This document shows, in pieces, positions 38,778-48,673 of a DNA stretch of 64,000 nucleotides; the first letter of the stretch is position 1; each line of letters begins with the position of its first letter. The position numbers and the translations under genes are program-made. The DNA is from a virus. Lineage: Duplodnaviria; Heunggongvirae; Uroviricota; Caudoviricetes. The notes beneath the pieces were generated by a model. That model searched no databases. It was given only the letters and a program-made list of their open reading frames with translations, and was not told where the DNA came from. Where the stretch lies: the IMG/VR virus record IMGVR_UViG_2883489344_000002; one strand, 5' to 3'.

Positions 38778-39173
38778 CTAACACATGCGGCGTCTAACCG
38801 CCGCACCCATCAGCTTATGGGCGAGATGCCACATCCGACTCTCTGCCCTTTCCTTATCTTCCTCAGTCATCAGCATCTTTTCCCGTCTTACCGGGTCAAT
38901 CCGCTCTGGATTCCTGCACCGCTTGAAAAATGCATCGTCTAATCGGGTCAGGTGGAAGGTGCGCGGCCTAACTGAATCATCGACCCGGCAGTCTGAGTTG
39001 TGCGACTTGGCGATCGAACTCATGCGCAAGTAGATCTCACTCACCGATGAATCATACTGCGGGTAACGCGCCTTCAACCCCTTCGCCACCTCTTTGGCTG
39101 TAGCCGGCCGGCCAAGCTCAATCAGGTACTGCGATATCTCCCAAGACGTAAATCTTGAGTGTTTGGCTGCCAA
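38778..39173 (-). CDS. hypothetical protein (131 aa)
   Basis: ORF convergent with parR. Confidence 0.4.
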   Translation of the reverse strand: MAAKHSRFTSWEISQYLIELGRPATAKEVAKGLKARYPQYDSSVSEIYLRMSSIAKSHNSDCRVDDSVRPRTFHLTRLDDAFFKRCRNPERIDPVRREKMLMTEEDKERAESRMWHLAHKLMGAAVRRRMC

Positions 39174-39595
39174 TAGACCCCCAATGGGTATACGGGTTTC
39201 ATTGCTGTTTGTGTGTTGCCGGGATGAGAGTTATGGGAGGGGCATTGCGAAGATTAAGGCGCGAGGATGCGCCTTATCGCTACTTCCTTTTCCCCTGCAT
39301 GGTGCGGGGCATAAAGCTACTTGGCATGTACTCACCAGATGACGGTAGAGACAGGGTAAGCACAGAACAAGGAGCCTCTCATTGCCTCTGTGCTTGGCAC
39401 AGGAGCGGGCGGTGGTGACTATATGAAAAGCCACGCAAATAATCAAATTGAGGGCGCTGGTCGCTGGTGGTGGCTTTGCTGGCCATCAGCATTCCAACCA
39501 CCAGCCAAACCCCGACACAACTCTGATTTTTGTCGCCCAAAATGGGAATGCGGGAGTGTCAGGCGTAGTATTAGCGTTTTCTTTGCATCTGAGGG

Positions 39596-40165
39596 ATGTT
39601 GATGGCAGACACTATACTGAGGGACTTGTGGAGAGATCCTCTTCCTGCTGATATCGAGGCTGGGATAACCGCTGAAAAGCTGGTGCTGATGATTCGAGAC
39701 ATCATGCGCACAGACCTGAATGAGCATGAGAAAGGCACCAGACAGCAGGGCGGGCACACATTAAGGGATCATGTCGGTAAGACAAGGCCTGAGATGATAC
39801 AGCGCCTACTCGATGCCGAACGGTTATATGAAACGTCTACCTTTTATCATGGGCAAGAATTTGCTGAGACTGTAGTCGCCAAGGCTATCTTGAGTGATCT
39901 GCATAGGGTCTATAATTGGTACTATAAGATAGACAACCCCCCAGGCGGGGTTATAGCGCGCGCTGGTGGAAAAAAAGATTTTATCCTCATAAAGGTTGAA
40001 AGTAACTTCCCTGTGGGCACACAGGTTAAGTTGCTCAACGATGGTACTTTTGAGGAGGCGATTTGCTCACATGTTTTTGTGAAAATCATTCGCGGAAACA
40101 TTGCCGGACGCAATAAGTATATTGTGACCAGTTTCCCATGCATTCCTAGGCCGGAGGCATCATGA
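39596..40165 (+). CDS. putative toxin-like protein (189 aa)
   Basis: GGAGG RBS. GGHTLRDHVGKT segment. Translationally coupled (ATGA) to a downstream acidic protein. Confidence 0.4.
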   Translation: MLMADTILRDLWRDPLPADIEAGITAEKLVLMIRDIMRTDLNEHEKGTRQQGGHTLRDHVGKTRPEMIQRLLDAERLYETSTFYHGQEFAETVVAKAILSDLHRVYNWYYKIDNPPGGVIARAGGKKDFILIKVESNFPVGTQVKLLNDGTFEEAICSHVFVKIIRGNIAGRNKYIVTSFPCIPRPEAS

Positions 40166-40788
40166 CCACAGCCACCATTGAACGATACCCACATCTTGAT
40201 GAGCTTATGATGGGATTCATCAATCAGGATGCCGAGTCTATGGCCGGCTCCGACAAATATGCAGACATGCTGAAATGCTATTTTGACGTTATGGATCGAG
40301 ATCTTCTGCCCGAGCTGCTGAAAGAGATAGAAGCTTACCAAGCAGAGCATTCTGACAATCTGGTTGAGGATTTTGCCAGAGACTTTCCTTATGGTTACCG
40401 TGTAAGTGAAGCAGAAGAGTTTTTCAGCCTATTAAAGGGTGGCATTGTCACCCAGATTGATAACAAAGAAAAATATCAGGAAGAAGCTGCTGCATGGCAC
40501 AGGGCATTTTGGACTGTTTCTAAAGACGGTGATCCATCTGAGGAAACTGAGGCGACCGTAAAGCCTGACCCGGCAAAAATACAACAATGGCTGCAAAGTG
40601 TGGCAAATTTGTATTCAGTCAATTCGCCAGAATTTGTCGCAGCTCAGGCTGAAGCATTAAGGCTGTTGGGCATTACTGTTGCTGAGCCAGCTTCTCAGAC
40701 GACGCCCACTCAGGAGGATAAGTCGAGTGCGAGTCACGCCGCGTCCTCATCAGCCAAGCCAAGGAAACCCCTTACAGTTATGCGTTAA
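40162..40788 (+). CDS. acidic immunity/antitoxin-like protein (208 aa)
   Basis: ATGA overlap with the upstream gene. D/E-rich. Confidence 0.4.
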   Translation: MTTATIERYPHLDELMMGFINQDAESMAGSDKYADMLKCYFDVMDRDLLPELLKEIEAYQAEHSDNLVEDFARDFPYGYRVSEAEEFFSLLKGGIVTQIDNKEKYQEEAAAWHRAFWTVSKDGDPSEETEATVKPDPAKIQQWLQSVANLYSVNSPEFVAAQAEALRLLGITVAEPASQTTPTQEDKSSASHAASSSAKPRKPLTVMR

Positions 40789-40824
40789 ATCCTCGCCCGC
40801 TGGCAGCCGCCGGCGGGCTTTACT

Positions 40825-41199
40825 TTGGCCGGAGCCACCAGCTTGATCACCCTATCCTCTTCCTATACGCCCTCCACCATTACCAAGCAGTTTGATGTCA
40901 TCGCGTCGCTGATCGTGCGCGGCAGTGAGTATCTGGCCATCTTTGACAGTCGCAAGCCCCTGGCAGCAGCCGTACAGTCGCATATCTCCCCAGCTGATGG
41001 GGAAATGCGGTATCGGGTGGTAGCGATGCTGGAGCTGGCACACCGGGACGATGCTCGGAAAGCCTATGCGGTAGTGCGGTACTGGGAGGAGGCGTCATAT
41101 CTGCCGGCTGGCGTCATAACCGGCGATACTGGGGAGCTGGCCACAGGGCTGTATCAGATCCTGGCACGCCGGCGCGGCCTGACGTTCGTCAGTTACTGA
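40825..41199 (+). CDS. hypothetical protein (124 aa)
   Basis: ORF. Confidence 0.35.
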   Translation: MAGATSLITLSSSYTPSTITKQFDVIASLIVRGSEYLAIFDSRKPLAAAVQSHISPADGEMRYRVVAMLELAHRDDARKAYAVVRYWEEASYLPAGVITGDTGELATGLYQILARRRGLTFVSY

Positions 41200-41606
41200 G
41201 CTGCGCTTTTCGCGTAATCCTCCAGAAGCTCCGCAACGTGACTATCCACCAGCACCTGATCGCCTGGCACATAACGAGGCCAGTCCGGTGCATATGCCGG
41301 GCGCACGATGACTGGCGCGCACCCAAACTGATCGGCAGTAATGTCCACAACATAATGCTCCCCACCGCTGGACACTTCACACCAGTAGTGGCCATATCGG
41401 CCATGCGGCAGGAACAAGCCGCCATCCTCTAGCCCGTCACCACCTCGGATAACCGCCGCATAGCCGGCCAGTGCCGCCGCGCGCTGCACCAGTGTGCAAG
41501 CCATCAGGCATAAGCCGGTAGTGACAGCAATACCCGACATAGAAAGCGCTTCTTCGATTAGGGTGCGGCAGTGGGTGGCAACCTGTAATAATTGACACTC
41601 AGTCAT
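41193..41606 (-). CDS. hypothetical protein (137 aa), Cys/His-containing
   Basis: ORF. Confidence 0.35.
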   Translation of the reverse strand: MTECQLLQVATHCRTLIEEALSMSGIAVTTGLCLMACTLVQRAAALAGYAAVIRGGDGLEDGGLFLPHGRYGHYWCEVSSGGEHYVVDITADQFGCAPVIVRPAYAPDWPRYVPGDQVLVDSHVAELLEDYAKSAAQ

Positions 41607-41677
41607 TTTCCCTTTCCCAATATGAAAAACCCGGCATCGAGCCGGGTGTGTGCTGTATATCTTTGACGCATGGCAGG

Positions 41678-42007
41678 TTAGCTCACCAGCTTCAAATCCT
41701 GCTTGCGGTGCTTCTTATGGTCATCATAGAAATTCTCATGAGTTCCAATAGACAGCAAATACAGCTCAAGCTTTCCTTCTAACCAAGAATAGCCCAAAAG
41801 ATACAGCTCTTTTTCGAGAGAGAATTTGTGAACACGCAAAAATTTGAGATCCCCTTTTTTCTGTTCGCCAATCAAGGGATCGGCAATAACGCGTTCAATT
41901 TCATCTTCTACAATACGCAGTTGCTTGCCGCTCAGTTTAGACAATGCTTTTTCAAAGCGACGAGTTTCGTAAACATCAACCTTGTTTACGCTCTGTTCTC
42001 CGGACAT
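41678..42007 (-). CDS. RelE/ParE-superfamily toxin
   Basis: The C-terminal region LKFLRVHKF...YLLGY...LELYLLSIGTHENFY fits the RelE/ParE fold consensus. The start is taken at MSGEQSV. Confidence 0.55.
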   Translation of the reverse strand: MSGEQSVNKVDVYETRRFEKALSKLSGKQLRIVEDEIERVIADPLIGEQKKGDLKFLRVHKFSLEKELYLLGYSWLEGKLELYLLSIGTHENFYDDHKKHRKQDLKLVS

Positions 42008-42212
42008 ATTTCTTGACCCTTCCATTCTCAACTTCACTTTTAGCTAGTAAGGCTTCGAGAATGAAGGAATACGGCAGATCAGGGTTGTCTTCGGCAATCC
42101 TACCTATTTTAGCCCAATGCTCAATCTGCTTTGGTACGCTGCGGCTTGAAACCTCAGCATACACTTTCACATCATCCACAAAGTCCTCATCAAGACGGAC
42201 ACTAATAGCCAT
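41976..42212 (-). CDS. ParD/RelB-type RHH antitoxin
   Basis: MAISVRLDEDFVDDVKVYAEVSSRSVPKQIEHWAKIG matches the ParD antitoxin pattern. 78 aa. Upstream of and overlapping the toxin. Confidence 0.6.
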   Translation of the reverse strand: MAISVRLDEDFVDDVKVYAEVSSRSVPKQIEHWAKIGRIAEDNPDLPYSFILEALLAKSEVENGRVKKYVRRTERKQG

Positions 42213-42554
42213 GGGGTCTACCTCTTCTACTCGGATGTGTTCAAAGGATAGTCCCTTTTATCATCATTTATACGCTTTCCTTGCGTGACTTGATTATGCG
42301 ACAACATGTGTATTAATGCAATCTTTTGTCGCTTTTATGGAGGTTATCGTGCCCTCTGCCTTAGTGCTGTAGTGTTAGAAACATGTTAAAAAGCTGCGGT
42401 TAGGCAGCTTTAGTTTGCTTTACAAAATCACTTACAACTGTTGTAAAGATACAGCTATTTCTAGGCCGACACGGATAAATTCCATTAAACCCAAAATAAA
42501 CATAAATATATTTGTATTGTCCATAAAAACCTTTTTAAAAAAGGTACGCTATAA

Positions 42555-42760
42555 CAAACAGTTATTGGCTTTATAGCGCACATGTGAATAGATTATTGGC
42601 AGTTTGCAGCTGCCCATGCTTGGCGTTTTTTAACAAAAAGTGCTAATTATTCATTTTGCCCTCCTAAATTCCTTGCAAGGTAGAATCCAAAGACTTACCG
42701 TTAATGAACAGTTATTGGCTTTATAGCCTACAGCTTGTAGCAGTTTGCAGCTGCTCAGCA
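42555..42760. repeat. two direct repeats (AACAGTTATTGGCTTTATAGC ... CAGTTTGCAGCTGC) about 150 bp apart in a 750-bp non-coding region
   Basis: Unit 1 at 42555-42614 and unit 2 at 42706-42753. Each is followed by a T-run. Confidence 0.6.
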
Positions 42761-42765
42761 AATGA

Positions 42766-42798
42766 AAACCTGGACTTCTGTCCGGGTTTTTTTTTGCC
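42766..42798 (+). terminator. rho-independent terminator after repeat unit 2
   Basis: CCTGGAC-TTCT-GTCCGGG (with one G-U pair) followed by TTTTTTTTT. Confidence 0.6.
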
Positions 42799-43054
42799 TT
42801 AAGTAAATATCTTTCCATGGATTTGATGAATGTGCAACCACCTGTCAATAATTTAGCACTTTTTGCCTAACCCACCTAGGTCAACCTGTGCTATTTGCCT
42901 TCAATCTCCTGTCTTACTCAGCGTCAGGCTCAATTAAGAAAGCCTGAGCTTAACCACATTTAATTTTATGAAAATAAAGGGTTTTAACTCGCTGCGGCTT
43001 CACTCTTGACGTACTTGCCAGCCCACACTACTGTATGAATATACATATAAATTA

Positions 43055-43462
43055 ATGCAGGTGATTTTTATGGGCTTCCCTTCCCCAGCGCAAGACTACG
43101 CGCGCCCCCGGCTTAGCCTGGATGCTATTGCTCGGGTCTCTATCCCTGCCACCTACTTCATGCGGGCGGCAGACTATTTACCATCAGTAGGTATTCTCAA
43201 AGGCTCAGTATTGGTGATCGACCGCAGTTTAGACCCCAAACACGGATCGCTCCTGATTGCCTGGCTGGGCGGTGAATTTAAGGTTGTGCGTTACGTGAGT
43301 GTGCCGGAGCCGGCATTACAGCGGTTAACAAAAGAGCATGATGTAATTAAATTGAGCGATTATGCGGTGTCTGGCGGTGATGACTCGCCTATCTGGGGGG
43401 TGATTGCGTATGTGCTGTCTGACGTGTCGGGGCGCGTGTTTAATCAAGCACCAGGCATTTAG
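43055..43462 (+). CDS. humD: UmuD'/HumD-like S24 peptidase-family protein
   Basis: GFPSPAQDY...ATYFMRA...VIDRSL...GEFKVVRY...VIAYV aligns with UmuD. Confidence 0.7.
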   Translation: MQVIFMGFPSPAQDYARPRLSLDAIARVSIPATYFMRAADYLPSVGILKGSVLVIDRSLDPKHGSLLIAWLGGEFKVVRYVSVPEPALQRLTKEHDVIKLSDYAVSGGDDSPIWGVIAYVLSDVSGRVFNQAPGI

Positions 43463-43505
43463 CTTATGCAGGTGAAGCAAGGCCGCTGATGGGCGGCCTC
43501 TGAGT

Positions 43506-43676
43506 TAAATGGCGTGAAGATGCTGGTAAAGGGCGAACTCACAAATGACAGAGGTGGCCACCAGCGCCAGGATGCGTAACCAAGCCTTTTTCCAGCCGTG
43601 AGTACGATACTCAAGCATTGCCCATACAATCAGGACACTGACAGTCACAGTGATGCAGAGCGTATAAATCGACATC
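43506..43676 (-). CDS. small hydrophobic protein (56 aa), coupled to the upstream gene
   Basis: TGATG stop-start overlap. Not in the ORF track because it is under 60 aa. Confidence 0.3.
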
Positions 43677-43938
43677 AATGTACCCTCTTCATCACAAAGA
43701 CTGGAATATCAGGATCTACCTGAAGGCCGCGGAAAAGCGTCGCAGAATGCGCAGGAGCATCATCACAGGGCTTAATTTGTATAACTGAGACCGGATTGGC
43801 GACATCTAACCAAAAACGCTCTAAGAGCGCTTCCACGAATCTATACAAATAGGGGTGTAAATCCATCGATCCATCTGGCTGCTGCGTTGGCTTGAGGCCG
43901 TGAGCGAGGAGCATGGCCTTAATGTCTTGCTTATTCAT
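43675..43938 (-). CDS. hypothetical protein (87 aa from MNKQD start)
   Basis: ORF. Confidence 0.35.
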   Translation of the reverse strand: MNKQDIKAMLLAHGLKPTQQPDGSMDLHPYLYRFVEALLERFWLDVANPVSVIQIKPCDDAPAHSATLFRGLQVDPDIPVFVMKRVH

Positions 43939-44389
43939 CTTGTCCTTCAAAATGGGTAAAAACAGGCAGAGGCTGGCCATCGTAGTCAGGAGAGATCTTA
44001 AGCATGTCTTGGTATTTTTTTGGGAATGGTGGACTTTCCCACGCCACGCCAAGCGCGCGCGCCATGTCGATGGTCGGAGCGATAGGCAACGCCTGCCAGC
44101 CCGGTGCCAGGTCAGCGCCTGGATCCAGGTCGGGCGTGGTAACGCCCAGGAGCATAGCCAGCGCGCGGTAGTTTTGCTCTGAGTGGTAACGCCCTTTGCA
44201 GCGTACCAGTTTCACTGCGGCTTCTTTGATGGCCACCAGCTCCTGCATAGCGGTAACCTGGCCGCGCAGTTCTAGCAGCTCCTTAGCCATGGAAACCGCT
44301 AGATCATGGTTAGGGGTGATGACGGCGCCGTTTACTGGTTCGCGGATGAAGGCTTCCAACTCGCGATCTGTGGCTTTTTCGTTAATCAA
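43931..44389 (-). CDS. hypothetical protein (152 aa)
   Basis: ORF. Confidence 0.4.
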   Translation of the reverse strand: MINEKATDRELEAFIREPVNGAVITPNHDLAVSMAKELLELRGQVTAMQELVAIKEAAVKLVRCKGRYHSEQNYRALAMLLGVTTPDLDPGADLAPGWQALPIAPTIDMARALGVAWESPPFPKKYQDMLKISPDYDGQPLPVFTHFEGQDE

Positions 44390-44461
44390 TTATCTGTACT
44401 CATTAATCTACTGTGTAGTTGGGGCGGTATGCCGCCCGCTTAGAATTCAACATACCTATTG

Positions 44462-45229
44462 TCAGCCGTAATGAATCACGCCCCCCACCACTTCGCTACC
44501 AGCGGCTTGGATTGTGAGAGCGGCCAGCTCATGTGGCGGCACCGCTGCTAAGGGTGAAACGGTATAGACAATGCGGCAATGCTCTTCACATCCAGGATGC
44601 TTTTTCGATGCATCCCACTCAGCCTCGGTAACATCACACCAAATGTCAGGGGCGGGACTGGTTTGATAGATAAGCTCTTGCGTCCGCAGCCGCTCAAGGT
44701 CTGCCGCCATAGCATCGCGCTGTGCAGTGGCCAGTAGTACATGCTGACCACGGAATTCTGCTTTGGCTTCAGCAGCCTCTACCCGGTCGATAAGCTCTAA
44801 AATAGTGACGCTGATGACTGCAAGTGACGCATTATCGAAAGCGCCCAGCGCAACCTGTGCCTTCAGCTTGCGTAAATCAGAAAGCTGTAGAGGGCTGAAG
44901 ATGCTTTCAGCAGGCGCGCGGTTTTCTTCACCTTGCTGCCCTAGCCCCGAGTCTGATAGCAGACAATGAACGAAAGATCGTGCTTCACGCTGGGCAATGC
45001 CTCGCTCTGAGATGGCCTTCGTAGCAGCCTCTGCTGGGATGTCAGCGTCTTGCAAGTGCATCTGGTAGCGACCAAGAATGTCATCCGGTATATGCCCCTC
45101 CAGCAGCTCAGGAAGGAAGCGCACCTGCTCATCACTCATCTTTTTCTCCTTCGAACCAGTCCCAATCATCTTCACGCTGGTAGGCCTGAAGGGGGTTTGC
45201 CTCTTTGCGGGCTGTCTTTTCGTAATCAT
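44462..45229 (-). CDS. hypothetical protein
   Basis: ORF. The start may be internal (MSDEQVRF). Confidence 0.4.
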   Translation of the reverse strand: MITKRQPAKRQTPFRPTSVKMIGTGSKEKKMSDEQVRFLPELLEGHIPDDILGRYQMHLQDADIPAEAATKAISERGIAQREARSFVHCLLSDSGLGQQGEENRAPAESIFSPLQLSDLRKLKAQVALGAFDNASLAVISVTILELIDRVEAAEAKAEFRGQHVLLATAQRDAMAADLERLRTQELIYQTSPAPDIWCDVTEAEWDASKKHPGCEEHCRIVYTVSPLAAVPPHELAALTIQAAGSEVVGGVIHYG

Positions 45230-45440
45230 CCAGCTCGAACGGTGTCAGCTTGCAGGTGTCCGCCACGGCCACACCGATTTGTGCCAGTGACATCGCGGCG
45301 GTGTGGATGTCCAGGAGCCGGCGAGCCTCATCTGCTGATGGACTTAAGCGGTCGTCGCGGCGCATTGCCTCACGAATGTCGATCGCTTCCCCTCGGAGGC
45401 GCACGGCGTGTTGTACTGGTGCTGTCATTGTCTGTTCCAT
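45132..45440 (-). CDS. hypothetical protein (102 aa)
   Basis: ORF. Confidence 0.35.
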   Translation of the reverse strand: MEQTMTAPVQHAVRLRGEAIDIREAMRRDDRLSPSADEARRLLDIHTAAMSLAQIGVAVADTCKLTPFELDDYEKTARKEANPLQAYQREDDWDWFEGEKDE

Positions 45441-45443
45441 TGC

Positions 45444-45809
45444 TTAAACGCCAAGCCTGTAATGGCTGGATTGTGCGAAAAGCATGGCATCCAGCAGCGG
45501 GGTATTCGGTTTCGGGCGGCCGGAATCGGCCAAGGTGATATCCCGGCGGCCAGCCTGGACAAACTTCTTCAACGTGGTGGCCTCATCAAGCAGGCTTTCG
45601 CGCTGCTGGCGCTGGTAATCCAGCTCCTGATTGGCCGTTGCCAGCTGGTGCTTGAGCTGCTGCACCCCGTCCACCAGCTCCTGGCAGTCGCCGGCAGTCA
45701 GGCTTAACAGAGGTGTGCCAATTGTGGCCTGGCGCTGCCATTCAGCAGGGGCATTGATGAACATCTCCAGGCTGTGGAGCAGCTCATCAAGGCGGGTTTC
45801 AAAGCTCAT
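45444..45809 (-). CDS. hypothetical protein (121 aa)
   Basis: ORF. Confidence 0.35.
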   Translation of the reverse strand: MSFETRLDELLHSLEMFINAPAEWQRQATIGTPLLSLTAGDCQELVDGVQQLKHQLATANQELDYQRQQRESLLDEATTLKKFVQAGRRDITLADSGRPKPNTPLLDAMLFAQSSHYRLGV

Positions 45810-46153
45810 TTGTTTTCCTTCGAGGGTAACGTGGTGTCTACCAGGGGGATAGCATCCTTTAGCGCTTCCAGATCTAACACGCGCTCGGCCATCGCCAAGC
45901 GCATAGGGATGTTCATGCGGTCATTGGCCAGGAGGAACGCCGCCGCGCCGGCACAGTGCTTTTCCACTCCCTGCTTTCTTGTGATTTGCTCAGTAGTTTT
46001 GTGACAGCGGAAATTAGAGAAGTCATCATCCAGCATGTCGCGCTTAATGCTGTCCAGCCGGCCGGGTGCCAGCTCATAGCCGCCGTCTTTGAGGAACGGG
46101 CATTCAGGGCATGGCTTTTTCAGTGCAAAGAACCGTTTGAAATCCATAATCAT
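45806..46153 (-). CDS. Cys-rich hypothetical protein (115 aa)
   Basis: CPECPF...C..H...C residues suggest metal binding. Confidence 0.35.
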   Translation of the reverse strand: MIMDFKRFFALKKPCPECPFLKDGGYELAPGRLDSIKRDMLDDDFSNFRCHKTTEQITRKQGVEKHCAGAAAFLLANDRMNIPMRLAMAERVLDLEALKDAIPLVDTTLPSKENK

Positions 46154-46183
46154 CGATCTCGCTCAATGGGTAGCCAAGCGCGG

Positions 46184-46384
46184 TTATCGCGTTTGCGCAT
46201 ACAGCTCGTTGCCTAAGAAGCGGACTTTTCTGATCTGCTCTTCAAAGCCATAGCTCTTTAGCAGCTCATGCGCCGCGCGCTCCAGCTCCGCTTTGAAGGC
46301 AAGATACCCACCTTCCGGCAGTTGCTCCATTAAGGCCTCTATAGGCGTAAGCTGCGGGAGATTAGAGGGTTTTTCTTGGATCAT
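46184..46384 (-). CDS. hypothetical protein (66 aa)
   Basis: ORF coupled to the upstream gene. Confidence 0.3.
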   Translation of the reverse strand: MIQEKPSNLPQLTPIEALMEQLPEGGYLAFKAELERAAHELLKSYGFEEQIRKVRFLGNELYAQTR

Positions 46385-47550
46385 AGCGATGCCTCGTTAT
46401 CACCCTCACTGGATATGGGCTGAAGTGTGAAAAACTCCTGTGGGCGCAACACCGGCGCAGGATCTTTCATCACCTCAATAGTCTTGCTGTGCAGCTGCTC
46501 CAGCTGCGCGATAACGCTATCGATATGCTCCTGGGTCAGGTCATCCGATACCTTGGCCATCGGCACTAGCTTGCGGTGAAAGTAGGCTTTGACGTCCATT
46601 ACCCAGATATCTAACCGCTCCTCTAAATGCTTGGCATAGGCCACCTTCTCCGCCAGCTTGCCACCACGTGAAAAATGCCTTTTGATCTCCTCCAGCATGG
46701 CAAGCGCGCGCTCAATGACCACCAGCTTCATGCGAGACGTATCCCCCACGTTGCGGGCAGATAGGTAAGCATCCATGCAGCCATACCGGGAAATCATGAA
46801 GTGAGCGAAGTCCTTAGACATCCCCTCTTTTGGCGGCGCGCCAGCAGCACAGCTCAGGACATTCCGCCAAAGAGCTTTGGACAGGTTCAAGCACTCCTCC
46901 CGACTCACTTTACGGCCGTTGGGGCACAAGTAGATCTGTTGCGGGAAATGCTCATCGTCATCGGTGGCGTCAACGAAATAGTTAGCCGCTTCGCCCATCT
47001 CCTGAGCTTCGCGCACACTAAGGCTAACGTAGCGTATCAGGCCGCTCATTTTAGGGCGGAAGCGGTTTAGGCGCTTTTCCATGTAAATGCGCTCTTCATC
47101 AGTCACACATTGGGAAGGGTGCGTCGCCTCAATAAGCAGCTTCATCTTGTAGCACATCTTCGCCAATGCATTGGCTTGGGCAGGTGTTACTAGGGCGTTG
47201 CGAGACAAGGCAGTAGCCACCTGAATCTGCTCCCTGGCCACCTCGCAGACTGGTATGCCTCGGATGCATAGCCCCTCCTCCCTCTTATCTTCCCTTGCCT
47301 GCTGAGTGCCAAAGTTCGCGTGAACGGCTATCAGTGCTTTACGGAATGCAGGCAGGGTATTGCGTGGCAGTCTGAAGATAATCGGCAGATAGCCAGCCTC
47401 AGTCACTGCCTGGCGCTCAAAGGTAGGGTAATCAGCACTCAGAAGACTTTCAGCAAACACGACTACATCAGGACGGCCAACAATAACCACATTGATGCAC
47501 CCTTTCTGATAGTCCGGACTGCCTTTAGGAATGAAGTGACATTTAATCAT
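46381..47550 (-). CDS. hypothetical protein (389 aa)
   Basis: Long ORF at the head of a minus-strand operon. Confidence 0.45.
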   Translation of the reverse strand: MIKCHFIPKGSPDYQKGCINVVIVGRPDVVVFAESLLSADYPTFERQAVTEAGYLPIIFRLPRNTLPAFRKALIAVHANFGTQQAREDKREEGLCIRGIPVCEVAREQIQVATALSRNALVTPAQANALAKMCYKMKLLIEATHPSQCVTDEERIYMEKRLNRFRPKMSGLIRYVSLSVREAQEMGEAANYFVDATDDDEHFPQQIYLCPNGRKVSREECLNLSKALWRNVLSCAAGAPPKEGMSKDFAHFMISRYGCMDAYLSARNVGDTSRMKLVVIERALAMLEEIKRHFSRGGKLAEKVAYAKHLEERLDIWVMDVKAYFHRKLVPMAKVSDDLTQEHIDSVIAQLEQLHSKTIEVMKDPAPVLRPQEFFTLQPISSEGDNEASL

Positions 47551-47782
47551 GAGAAAAGTCTCAAATCCTTGTTTTGGTGTGTTGAGACTATATCGGGTAT
47601 GCGGCCTGGTATCAATGTGTTTTAGGATTGCCGCACACGTTGATTTAAAGAGATTTTGTTGACTTTTCTATAGCTGGATTCGCTATGCTTCACATACAGT
47701 GGCGCATCAAGGCAGCGGTATTAATCACGCCTAGTTTGTATGGAGTGAAGAGTGCGCCCCCGGCATGACGGGGGCTGATATA

Positions 47783-48490
47783 TCAGAACAGGTTAGCGAT
47801 CTCGGTGCGCCAGGCCTTATAGCCTTTGTAGTTGACGTGGGTATCATCTACCGAATATTCGGGGTTTAGCAGGCCATCAATGGTCATTGCCGGGTTGATA
47901 TCCACATAGTGATATTGCTTTTCAGCACAGAGTGCCACCAGTCGGCGGTTTACGTCGTTGATAACGCTGTTTTTCTGCGCCAGAGTTTTGCCAGACAGCA
48001 ACGTAGATTCAACCACCACTTCCATACCTGCCGCTTTAAGCTTATCCGCGATCAGAATGATATTGTTGGCGATCCCCTCAGCGCTCACGCCACGGTCAAT
48101 ATCGTTGGTGCCCAGCATGATGAAGGCCTTTTTCGCCCCAGTGGAGGTGATATCTTCGATGCGCTCGAGTACGCCCGCCGTGTCATCGCCGGCAATACCT
48201 CTATTGACGATTTTATAATCCGGGAAGATATCATCCCATCGGGCATTTTCTGTCAGGCTATCCCCGACCATCACATAGTCGCCTTTACCTTGGAAAGCGC
48301 TATACATGGCTCGTTTGAACAGATAGACAGGGTTCCGCTCAGCTTGTACTTGTTCTTTCGTGAAATACGTGTGCTTCAGTTCGTAAATGTAGTTATAGGG
48401 GAAGACTGCATATTTCCCCAACGCAAAGCTGTAGCCCATTGCGGCTAGCAACCCCACCCCTATTGCGACCTGCTTCATCCTTAATTGCAT
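47783..48490 (-). CDS. membrane-anchored SGNH/GDSL-family hydrolase
   Basis: N-terminal TM segment. GDSL block VMVGDSLTE. C-terminal DTHVN (DxxH) block. GGGGA SD at the internal ATG. Confidence 0.6.
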   Translation of the reverse strand: MQLRMKQVAIGVGLLAAMGYSFALGKYAVFPYNYIYELKHTYFTKEQVQAERNPVYLFKRAMYSAFQGKGDYVMVGDSLTENARWDDIFPDYKIVNRGIAGDDTAGVLERIEDITSTGAKKAFIMLGTNDIDRGVSAEGIANNIILIADKLKAAGMEVVVESTLLSGKTLAQKNSVINDVNRRLVALCAEKQYHYVDINPAMTIDGLLNPEYSVDDTHVNYKGYKAWRTEIANLF

Positions 48491-48673
48491 ATAAATCCCC
48501 AAAGTAGTATCAGAAAGTTCAGAAAAAAACGTGCACATACTACCCCAGCTGGGACAGGAAGAAAAATGCTTATCGGGGGTTTTGAGAGGTGGGTTTAGTT
48601 TCAGTGGCAGTGCTGGTGGCGTGGCGCCACCAGCACACATAGGTAGCCGGCCTTTAGAGTAAGCCGGCGGCTA

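Noticed and set aside
42007-42037. Longer start (MKLRMEGS) for the RelE/ParE-like toxin.
   Set aside because: It would overlap the antitoxin by 62 nt. The MSGEQSV start gives a more typical arrangement, but the start remains uncertain.
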